Shown here: positions 36,090-43,441 of the stretch, piece after piece
How the letters are laid out: every line of letters begins with the position of its first letter
How positions within the stretch are numbered: the first letter of the stretch is position 1
From: Sumerlaeia bacterium
Lineage (GTDB): Bacteria; Sumerlaeota; Sumerlaeia; SLMS01; JAHLLQ01
Reading direction: 5' to 3'
DNA length: 43,441 nt
NCBI GenBank assembly: GCA_040219255.1
Contig: JAVJSW010000053.1
Span: 1 to 43,441, forward strand
The notes under the pieces: generated by a model
The model's database searches: none
The model's input: the letters and a program-made list of their open reading frames with translations, nothing else
What the model was told of the DNA's origin: nothing
Position numbers and translations under genes: made by a program

Positions 36090-36932
36090 ATGAATCGGAC
36101 CACCTCCCTCCTCACCGCCCTCGGCGCCGCCGCCCTGCTGACCCTCTCCACCGCGACCACCCTGGAAGCCGCTCCCCGCGGCGAACGGGGCCGGATCTCT
36201 CCCAAGATTCACCAAAACGACGGCCCCTCCGCCGACGCTCCCAATCGCCCGGACCGTCCCCGCGGCCCCGAAGGCCCTCGTGGCCCTGAACGTCCCCATG
36301 GTCCGGAAGGCCCCGAGGGCCCCCGCCATCCTCACGCCCGCCTCCTTCTCCCCTTCTGGGAAAATCCTGAAATCGTCGAAGCCATCGAACTGACCGACAG
36401 CCAGATCGCCCTCCTGGAAGACAGCCTGGAAGTCACCAGCGACACCCTCGCCGTCCTCAAGGAAGAAGCCAAGGACCTCAAAGGGGACCTGCGCGAAGTC
36501 CTCGAACAAGACGCGCCCGAACTCGACGCCGTCTACGCCGCCGTGGACGCCAAAGCCGTCGTCCGCGTCGGAATCGAGAAGGCCGTTCTCGGCCACGTCG
36601 TGGTCGTCAAGAACGTCCTTTCCGCCGAGCAGGAAGAAGCCCTCAAGCAATTCCTGCGTGACCGCGAGCGCCCCGACCGCCCTGGCCGCGAAGGCCGCGA
36701 TGCCATCAACGACATTCGGGAAGAACTCCGCGGCTACCTCGAAGACGGCGTCTTGACCGAGGAAGAGTGGGCCGCCATCGATGAAATCCTCGCCCCGCTG
36801 CCCGAGGGAATGCAGGACCGCATCCGCGAAGGCATCGAGCGCCGTCTCAACCGCCGCGATGGCTCCACGCCGCCGCCCCCTCGGGCCGATGGCGACGGAA
36901 ATATCCCGCCCCTGCCGCCCCTCGCCTTCTAA
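36090..36932 (+). CDS. Spy/CpxP-like (LTxxQ) periplasmic protein with Pro/Gly/Arg repeats
   Basis: Signal peptide, (PxGP/PxRP)n, ELTDSQ and VLSAEQ motifs; AGGAG SD. Confidence 0.75.
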   Translation: MNRTTSLLTALGAAALLTLSTATTLEAAPRGERGRISPKIHQNDGPSADAPNRPDRPRGPEGPRGPERPHGPEGPEGPRHPHARLLLPFWENPEIVEAIELTDSQIALLEDSLEVTSDTLAVLKEEAKDLKGDLREVLEQDAPELDAVYAAVDAKAVVRVGIEKAVLGHVVVVKNVLSAEQEEALKQFLRDRERPDRPGREGRDAINDIREELRGYLEDGVLTEEEWAAIDEILAPLPEGMQDRIREGIERRLNRRDGSTPPPPRADGDGNIPPLPPLAF

Positions 36933-37070
36933 CGCCACCCCTCCAGAACTTCCCCAGGGACCCTGAAATGGGGGCCCCAGGTGAAGGCGTTAAACACACC
37001 GGGCGGGCGATGAGTCTTTCGACTCTTCGCCCGCCCGATCGTATTCTGGGGCTCCGGGGTCGCCACGGCC

Positions 37071-38231
37071 CTACTGGCCCCGTCGGCCTCCCCCGCCGCC
37101 GGCGGGCTGCCCGCCACCCCGCCGGCCGCCCCGCTGCTCCTGATCTTGATCCGGCAGACGCACTTCCGGAATCTCGATGTCCGGAATCTCATAGGGCATT
37201 TCCGGCTCTTCCAGTTCGTAATCTCCCAGATTGTCGAACTCGAAATCCTCTCCCCCGCTGTAGGTGAACTCGTAGCGGAAACCCTCCGCCAGCGGCTCCT
37301 CTCCGAACTGCACGTTCAGCGACACACCGTCCTGACCGACGCCCTCGAAGGCCGGAATGGCCGCCACGCGATACCTCCCCCCCGGCACGATCAAGCCGCC
37401 GGACGCCCGCAAACCAAGCGTTTCCAAAGGTTCGAGAGTGACCTCGCGAGAAATCGGGCCGCTGAACAAGAAGCGCATCCGCTCCCCCGTCGCGTTCACC
37501 AAACCGACCCGCGCGGCGTCGGCATCGATCCGTCCGATGACACGGGGCGGATCGAGGCGCAGCGCATCCGTGACCGCGATCCGGTCGACTTCCCGGTCGA
37601 TCAGGGTCTCTTGCTCGCGCACCTCGGGCATGACCCATCGGCCCTTGAATTCCACATAACCCTGGGCCAACCGGTCCGTCGCCAGAAGGCGATCGCGCTC
37701 CTGCGGCGTCACCCACTGCTCGTCGTACTGGACCAGGCCCTGATCCCGCTGTGCGTACTCAAAGGCCAAGTCTGCGGGAATCCAGCTTCCCTTGTACTCC
37801 GCCAGCTCTTTCTCGACCGGGTCGACCCACTCGCCGCCGTAGGACACGAGTCCCTTGGCCCGCTGGGCGCGGGCGAAGGTTTCCGGATCCGCGACCAGAT
37901 CGAAGGTCAGCTTTTCGTTGCGAAAGGCGTAAAGCTCGGCCACCTGCGGCAGCGGACGGTAGTAACCGTCTTTTTCGACTGTGATAAAGATCGTGTCGCC
38001 GACGAACTCGCGCCCGGCGAAGGGCGTCATCGCCGTGTCCGAAGTCGAGGCCGCCAGACCGGCGGTCAGGACCTCCAGGTCGTCCTTGCGGGCTTCGGCG
38101 ACAGGAGGCCAGTCATACCAGCCGGTGATACCGTTCTCGGACCACAGGACTCGCGCACCGGGCGGATTGGACTCCACCCGCAGGCGCGCGCAGGACCCCA
38201 GCAGCAGACCGGCGGCGAGCAAGCCCGCCAT
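37071..38231 (-). CDS. PEGA-domain lipoprotein with four GLVxYxGxW-like repeats
   Basis: Lipobox LGSC; VESNPPGARV...TP...ITVEKDGY. The start may be the GTG at 38300. Confidence 0.78.
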   Translation of the reverse strand: MAGLLAAGLLLGSCARLRVESNPPGARVLWSENGITGWYDWPPVAEARKDDLEVLTAGLAASTSDTAMTPFAGREFVGDTIFITVEKDGYYRPLPQVAELYAFRNEKLTFDLVADPETFARAQRAKGLVSYGGEWVDPVEKELAEYKGSWIPADLAFEYAQRDQGLVQYDEQWVTPQERDRLLATDRLAQGYVEFKGRWVMPEVREQETLIDREVDRIAVTDALRLDPPRVIGRIDADAARVGLVNATGERMRFLFSGPISREVTLEPLETLGLRASGGLIVPGGRYRVAAIPAFEGVGQDGVSLNVQFGEEPLAEGFRYEFTYSGGEDFEFDNLGDYELEEPEMPYEIPDIEIPEVRLPDQDQEQRGGRRGGGQPAGGGGGRRGQ

Positions 38232-38241
38232 CCGGCCAGCG

Positions 38242-38991
38242 CTATTTCGAATACGCCTCTTCGCCCTGGGCGATGGCGGCTTCGTAGTTTTCGTCCTCAC
38301 TGAGGATGCGGCTGCAATTGTCGCAAGTGGCAATTTCTTCCCCTTTGTGTACCACGACGAGCATGTTCGGCAGGATGGAGAAATGACATCCGCCGCAGCT
38401 TCCGCCCCGCACCACCACGACCGGGTCGCGGGGGTGGCGCTTGCGGATGCGCTCGTAGACTTCCAGGGCCTCGGCGGGCACCTTGGTGGCCGACTTATCG
38501 CGGGCTTTGTTCAAGGCAACAAGACGATTTTTCTTCTCCTGAACTTGTCCCCGGATGCGCTCACGCTCTTGCGAGGCGTGACGTTTCTCTTCTTCCAGGG
38601 CCGCCTGCGTTTCCTTCACCTTTGCTTCGATGGACTGCTGGCGTTCCAGAATTCCCGTCGCCCGTTCCTCCAGCGTCGTCATCTTCGCCGTCAAATTTTC
38701 GATCTGCTTGCTGATCGCATGCAGCTCTTTGCTGGTTTTCACCATCATCTGCCGAGCCTGCGAACGCTTCAGCTCTTCGGTGCATGCGCGCAATTCTTGC
38801 TCAATGCTCTTGCGGTCCTCTTGCTGCTTAGCCAGGGCCGCCTGGGCGTCGTCGTAATTCTTGGCGCGGCGCTGGACAACCGCTTTCACCTCGTCCCACA
38901 CGCGGGGATAGCGATTGAGTTGATCCTGAACCTCTAAAATCTCCTGGTCGATCATTTGCAGATCGAGGAGGTAAACAACATCGGGGTGCAT
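38242..38991 (-). CDS. Coiled-coil C4 zinc-ribbon protein (DUF164/CdsZ/HP0958 family)
   Basis: L.DLQ.ID.EI, long coiled coil, YERIR, CGGCH....P, CDNCSRIL. Confidence 0.92.
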   Translation of the reverse strand: MHPDVVYLLDLQMIDQEILEVQDQLNRYPRVWDEVKAVVQRRAKNYDDAQAALAKQQEDRKSIEQELRACTEELKRSQARQMMVKTSKELHAISKQIENLTAKMTTLEERATGILERQQSIEAKVKETQAALEEEKRHASQERERIRGQVQEKKNRLVALNKARDKSATKVPAEALEVYERIRKRHPRDPVVVVRGGSCGGCHFSILPNMLVVVHKGEEIATCDNCSRILSEDENYEAAIAQGEEAYSK

Positions 38992-39259
38992 CGGCTCGTC
39001 TAACCTTTCCGTCTGGGCTCCGGGATCGCGTTGGGGATGAGAGAACTGCGCCCGCCACCAAGGGCGTTTTCACCTCGCGCGACTCAGTCGTCCCGGACAC
39101 GCACGTCATTGGCTTTGCGAAATAGCCTGGCAGGAGAGCGAGCGCGCCGCTCTGTCATTCTGCGCGCGTTTGAAATGATACAGCCGAGGCCCCGGCCGCC
39201 TTCAAGGCTTTTATGCCACGCCCTGCGCCGATAGGTCTGACTTGAACCAAGTTAACGCT

Positions 39260-39664
39260 TCAAAGCTCGATCACCAGCGACCAATCGCCCTGGGAACGGA
39301 ACAATGCCACACGGAAAAACTCGCCTCGTGGACTGGCCACGTGCGTCTCCCCCTCCCCCATCGCCTCATAGTGGGGCCAGCGTTCCGGCTCGATCAGCAA
39401 CGACAGACACACCCGGATTTCGTCCGCCGCCACATCCGCTTCCCCATTGCCCACCGGCGCCAGACGCCCCCGTTCCCCCGCCTCCACAGTGCGAATCAAG
39501 GGCGGCGCTCCCGGCCTCAGATGCAGCTTCGAGCCCCCCGCCGCCCGGCCCCGTTCGATATAATCCCACAGCCGCGTATGCAGCGGGGCGGTATGCGGTG
39601 GGCCAACATGCGGCGGGGCGGTCTCCAGCGGGGCGCGGCGCTCCTGGTTTTCGCTCATCGTCAT
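39260..39664 (-). CDS. Stand-alone PilT-like N-terminal domain (no ATPase domain)
   Basis: GGSKLHLRPGAPPLIR...G.L.P, FRVALFRSQG..SLVI. The stop falls where the PilT linker and ATPase domain would begin. Confidence 0.75.
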   Translation of the reverse strand: MTMSENQERRAPLETAPPHVGPPHTAPLHTRLWDYIERGRAAGGSKLHLRPGAPPLIRTVEAGERGRLAPVGNGEADVAADEIRVCLSLLIEPERWPHYEAMGEGETHVASPRGEFFRVALFRSQGDWSLVIEL

Positions 39665-39673
39665 CGGCCTGGA

Positions 39674-41593
39674 TCAATCCGCCGCGGTGATGCGGTCCAA
39701 CTCTTCCACCGAAGTGTGACCGAGGACCACCTTGCGGAAGCCGTCCATGCGCAGCGACCGCATGCCGCCGCGCACCGCGATGCGTTTCAGCCGGCTCGAC
39801 GGCTCGCCGCGCATGATGAGCTGACGAATCTGCGGCGTGACGACGAAGATTTCGTGGATCGCGGTGCGGCCCTTGTAGCCCGAACTGGAGCATCGGTCGC
39901 AGCCTTGCGGCACACAGATATCCACACCGTTGGCGAGTTCTTCTTCCGTCGCACCGACGCCCTCCATACCGCTCGGGTCGAAGTGCTCCTGCCGTTTGCA
40001 ATGGGCGCACAACCGGCGAATCAGGCGCTGGGCGATCACAGCCTGCACCGAAGACGCCACCAGGAACGGCTTCACGCCCATGTCGGTCATTCGTGTCGCG
40101 GCGCTCGGCGCGTCGTTCGTATGCAGCGTTGAGAACACCAGGTGGCCGGTCAGAGCGGCGCGCACCGCGATCTCGGCGGTTTCCATATCGCGGATTTCAC
40201 CCACCAGAATCACGTCCGGCGACTGGCGCAGCATCGAGCGCAAGCCGGTCCGAAAGTTCAATCCCAGTTCCTCGTTCACCTGCACCTGGATCACCCCGTC
40301 GAGCATGTACTCGACCGGGTTTTCGATGGTGATGATTTTCGTCTCCGGGGTGTTGAGTTGCGAGAGGGCGGAGTAAAGCGTTGTCGTCTTGCCCGAACCG
40401 GTCGGTCCGGTCATCAGAATGACGCCGGTAGGCTGGCGGATCAATTCGCGGAACAGACGGATATTGTCCGGCAGGAAGCCCACGTCTTCCAGACCCAGCA
40501 TCACGCTTGACTGATCGAGAAGTCGCATGACGATCGATTCGCCATAGATCGTCGGCAGCAGGTTGACGCGGACGTCCAGGCGGCGGTCGGTCATGTTGAG
40601 CTTGATACGGCCGTCCTGCGGGATGCGCTTCTCGGCCAGGTCCATGCCCGAAAGCACCTTGAGGCGCGAGATAATGGCGTTCTGCCACTTCTTCGGCGGG
40701 CTCGGAATCTCGTGGCACACGCCGTCGATGCGGAACCGGATCACGCACTGATGCCGCGTCGGTTCGATGTGGATATCCGAAGCGCGGTCGTGCACCGCCT
40801 GCTTGAAGATCAGGTCGACGAACTTCACCACGGGCGGAAGATTCGCGTCTTCCTCGATATCCACTTCGTTGTACGATTCCTTCAGACGGGCTTCCGACTC
40901 GTGCATTTCGTCGGTGACGGCCTGATAGAACTCGGCCATCTCGTTGCCTTCGTAGAAGCGCTTGATGGCCCGGTCGATTTCGATTTCTTTGGCCACCATG
41001 CCGTAAACCTTGCGGCGGACGATTCGCTCCAGGTCGTCGATCACCTGCACGTTCATCGGATCCGCCAGAGCCACATGCAGGCTGTCCGCGTCGTAGGCCA
41101 CGGGGAACACGCGGAACTTGACGGCCGTCTCCTTATCCATCTGGGCCAGCAGGTCTTCCGTTACATTGACCTGGGAAATGTCGACCTTCTCCATGCCGAG
41201 GTTGTCGGCGATGGCGTCGAGAATGTCTTCCTCGCGAATCTGACCGCTCTTCACCAGTTCCTTGGTGATGGCGGTGGCTTCTTCGCCGCCGCGTCGGATC
41301 GCTTCTTCGATCATGTCGGAATTGACGAGACCCGCTTCTTCCAGCATGCCGGCGATCGAGGGGCGGGGCAGGCGCGATCCGCGCTCGCGTTCGATGCGCT
41401 GGAAATACTCACGCTGCTCCCTCGAAGGAACCTTCCTCTTAACGGCCGGCGCCGCCGACTCGCCCTGAGGCGTGTTCGGCACGGTCGCCAGGGGATCGGT
41501 CCAGGTTTCTTCCGACGTCTTCTTCTTCGGACTGACCGGAGCAGCCGCTTCCTGCTCGACATTTTCCTTCGACTTCTTGCTGAAAAGACCCAT
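39674..41593 (-). CDS. pilB: Type IV pilus / T2SS assembly ATPase PilB/GspE
   Basis: ASDIHIEP, RIPQDGR, Walker A GPTGSGKTT, LRQSPDVILVGEIRD, STLHTNDA, CxxC..CxxC, GYKGR; N-terminal MshEN/T2SSE_N-like domain. Confidence 0.95.
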   Translation of the reverse strand: MGLFSKKSKENVEQEAAAPVSPKKKTSEETWTDPLATVPNTPQGESAAPAVKRKVPSREQREYFQRIERERGSRLPRPSIAGMLEEAGLVNSDMIEEAIRRGGEEATAITKELVKSGQIREEDILDAIADNLGMEKVDISQVNVTEDLLAQMDKETAVKFRVFPVAYDADSLHVALADPMNVQVIDDLERIVRRKVYGMVAKEIEIDRAIKRFYEGNEMAEFYQAVTDEMHESEARLKESYNEVDIEEDANLPPVVKFVDLIFKQAVHDRASDIHIEPTRHQCVIRFRIDGVCHEIPSPPKKWQNAIISRLKVLSGMDLAEKRIPQDGRIKLNMTDRRLDVRVNLLPTIYGESIVMRLLDQSSVMLGLEDVGFLPDNIRLFRELIRQPTGVILMTGPTGSGKTTTLYSALSQLNTPETKIITIENPVEYMLDGVIQVQVNEELGLNFRTGLRSMLRQSPDVILVGEIRDMETAEIAVRAALTGHLVFSTLHTNDAPSAATRMTDMGVKPFLVASSVQAVIAQRLIRRLCAHCKRQEHFDPSGMEGVGATEEELANGVDICVPQGCDRCSSSGYKGRTAIHEIFVVTPQIRQLIMRGEPSSRLKRIAVRGGMRSLRMDGFRKVVLGHTSVEELDRITAAD

Positions 41594-41814
41594 GCGGTTA
41601 TCGATCCTTGGGGCGGTTTGGCACTCCGGCGTCTGCGTGGCAATGGGGCGCCGCCGCATCGTTCGCCGGGTTGCCAACCCATGACTTGGCCACTGCATCG
41701 TGCGCAGTCCCGGCGCGCAAGGCAACCGGAAACCGGAAGCTCACTAAAGAGGTTTTATGTCCGCCAGCCCCGGGCGGCAACGGACTTTCCACCGCCCGGA
41801 CTCCTGGCGGGCCG

Positions 41815-42117
41815 CTACAAAGGCAAGCCGAGCGAGAGGAATGCCTGGCGGAGCGCCTGCCCCGCCGACAGATCCAACAGCAGCGCCAGCCCGGCCGTCG
41901 TCAACAGCAGGAGCAGCAACCGGGACAGCAACCGGCGATTTTCCCGATGCTCCGACGCACCTCCGTCGCTGAGGTCAAGGAGCCAGTAGGCATGCAGACC
42001 TCCCCACAGCGCTGTGAGCAGAGCTCCGGCAAAATCCGCCCAAGTGGCGAAGAAAAATAGGCGGCCCAAGACGATGAAAACCGGCAACATCAACAAACTC
42101 AACCAAAGCCAGTACAT
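41815..42117 (-). CDS. Small membrane protein (about three TMs)
   Basis: AGGAGG SD upstream of the ATG at 42117; 100-aa hydrophobic ORF. Confidence 0.6.
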   Translation of the reverse strand: MYWLWLSLLMLPVFIVLGRLFFFATWADFAGALLTALWGGLHAYWLLDLSDGGASEHRENRRLLSRLLLLLLTTAGLALLLDLSAGQALRQAFLSLGLPL

Positions 42118-42322
42118 CGGCCCCTCCTGGACTCGGAGATTTTCCTCACAACGGCGAAGAAATGCCCGCGAAGGCAAGACCCTACCGCTTGGCGGCGCGA
42201 ATATTCTGAGATTTCACCAGGAGAGGACCGCGGAACCGCTCGTCTCGGGAAGGCGCGGCATATTGGAGCGGCGGATTTTTCCGGGAATTTCCTGGGCGGA
42301 GAAAATTCAGGCTATTAAACGG

Positions 42323-42366
42323 TTGACAAGTACGGTTGCCCGATGAACAACGAGGAAACGCTTTAC
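42323..42366 (+). promoter_or_regulatory. Sigma70 -35 (TTGACA) and LacI-family-like operator (GGAAACGCTTTAC)
   Basis: TTGACA at 42323-42328 and a CG-centred imperfect palindrome at 42354-42366, upstream of a starch-binding protein gene. No clear -10. Confidence 0.4.
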
Positions 42367-42434
42367 AAGTCGCTTCTGTAACCACGAACGCAACTTCAAA
42401 GCACCATTCTTCACTTCGCACCAGGAGACGCCCG

Positions 42435-43319
42435 ATGTATCCCACCCGCTCTCTCCGCACGCACTTTACCTCGGTAAGCTGCAAATCGCTTTTGACAGCC
42501 CTCTTGACCACCCGGCGAGGCCCAACGCTCGTCGGCGGCACTCTTGCCACCGCCGCCTTCGTCACGCTCTCCGCGTCGGCCTTCGCCATTCCGTCCTGGA
42601 TCGGCGTCTATGGAAGCCACCAGCGTCACGACGGAGGGAACCCGGGGACCTTCACCATCCTGATGAATCAGGATTACAGCGGGCTCCACGGCTCGGTGGG
42701 CTATCGCGTCAACGGCGGCACCTGGCAGGAAACGGACATGACCCGCACGGGCAACGTGGACGGCAATTCCCGCTGGCAGTGGGCGCCTTCCTCGGCGTTC
42801 CCCGGCGGCTCCACGGTGGAGTACTACTTCCATGGCTGGGACGATTTTGGCGGCAACATCTGGGACAGCGCGGGCGGTTCGAACTACAGCTTCACGGCGA
42901 GCGGCTCGACGCCGACGCCGACGCCGACTCCCGAACCAGGCAACATTTCCGTCTCGCCCGTCCCTGCCATCGCCGGCCAGAACGCGACCATCACCTACCC
43001 GGCGTCCGGTCGCGTTCTGGCCGGTTCCTCCAGCGTCAGTGTCCACTATGGCACCAACGGATGGAGCGGCACCCAGACAGTTCCCATGAACGCCCAGGGC
43101 GGCGATGTGTGGAGCCTGACGGTTACGGTGCCAAGCAACGCCACGGTCCTGGATTTCGTGTTCACGAACGGCTCGAGTTGGGACAACAACGGCGGCCAGG
43201 ACTGGCATGTGGCCGTTGAACCGGGCGCGACCCCGACCCCCACTCCGACGCCGACGCCAACCCCGACGGCCACACCGACTCCTACTCCCACGCCGACTCC
43301 CGGACCGGGCGACGAGTGG
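42435..43319 (+). CDS. Secreted multi-CBM (CBM21/25/53-like starch-binding) protein, 3' end lost at the fold-back junction
   Basis: AGGAG SD; signal peptide; modules ending WDSAGGSNY and LDFVF.NG.SWDNNGGQDW; Thr-Pro linkers. The ORF-track end at 43397 reads through inverted sequence. Confidence 0.8.
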
Positions 43320-43441
43320 GGGTCGGGGTCGCGCCCGGTTCAACGGCCACATGCCAGTCCTGGCCGCCGTTGTTGTCCCAACTCGAGCCGTTCGTGAACA
43401 CGAAATCCAGGACCGTGGCGTTGCTTGGCACCGTAACCGTC
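43118..43441. repeat. Perfect 128-bp inverted repeat (43118-43245 / 43314-43441) running off the window end
   Basis: 43314-43441 is the exact reverse complement of 43118-43245, with a 68-bp spacer. Confidence 0.95.

Noticed and set aside
38992-39259. Possible ncRNA (6S, RNase P) or pilT remnant next to the zinc-ribbon gene
   Set aside because: Only a short hairpin is visible, with no recognisable conserved RNA motifs or Walker boxes.
66-41989. Many long antisense or alternate-frame ORFs (e.g. 1848-3488, 4921-6939, 12124-13920, 17552-19549, 18004-19593, 33346-34665, 40712-41989)
   Set aside because: They overlap well-supported genes, lack recognisable motifs and are the shadow ORFs expected in high-GC DNA.
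43320-43397. C-terminal peptide GSGSRPVQRPHASPGRRCCPNSSRS of the CBM protein
   Set aside because: It is translated from the inverted duplicate and is not a genuine domain.

Overview
High-GC, diderm bacterial chromosomal segment that may be a whole contig. It starts in the left end of an IS481-like element (1-117) and ends in a perfect fold-back inversion (43314-43441) that is probably an amplification or assembly artefact. The Thr-Pro-linked secreted proteins with a short dockerin-like tail suggest Candidatus Sumerlaeota (BRC1) or a relative; this is inference only. The left two-thirds is mostly housekeeping and envelope genes: mmsA, a beta-helix surface protein, system II cytochrome c maturation (resB, ccsA), aroF, nupC, a ClC channel, pepF, lepB, two thioredoxin-fold proteins, thiS-thiG and mlaD. 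Two small repeat-bounded inserts also lie here: a GTAG-REP-flanked low-GC cassette and an ACCACGGAG-type palindromic element. The most notable part is a seven-gene cluster (28975-35810) resembling the Myxococcus MglA/MglB/RomR polarity module, but with an unusual architecture. It encodes a TPR-roadblock fusion, a membrane-anchored roadblock, a solo roadblock, an MglA with a CxxC P-loop and a ~200-aa C-terminal extension, a canonical MglB, a DUF4388 protein with tandem MshEN c-di-GMP motifs, and a tail-anchored RomR-like receiver. About 3.5 kb away are a PilB with a degenerate MshEN domain and a stand-alone PilT N-terminal domain. All family assignments come from motif recognition by eye; no database searches were run.
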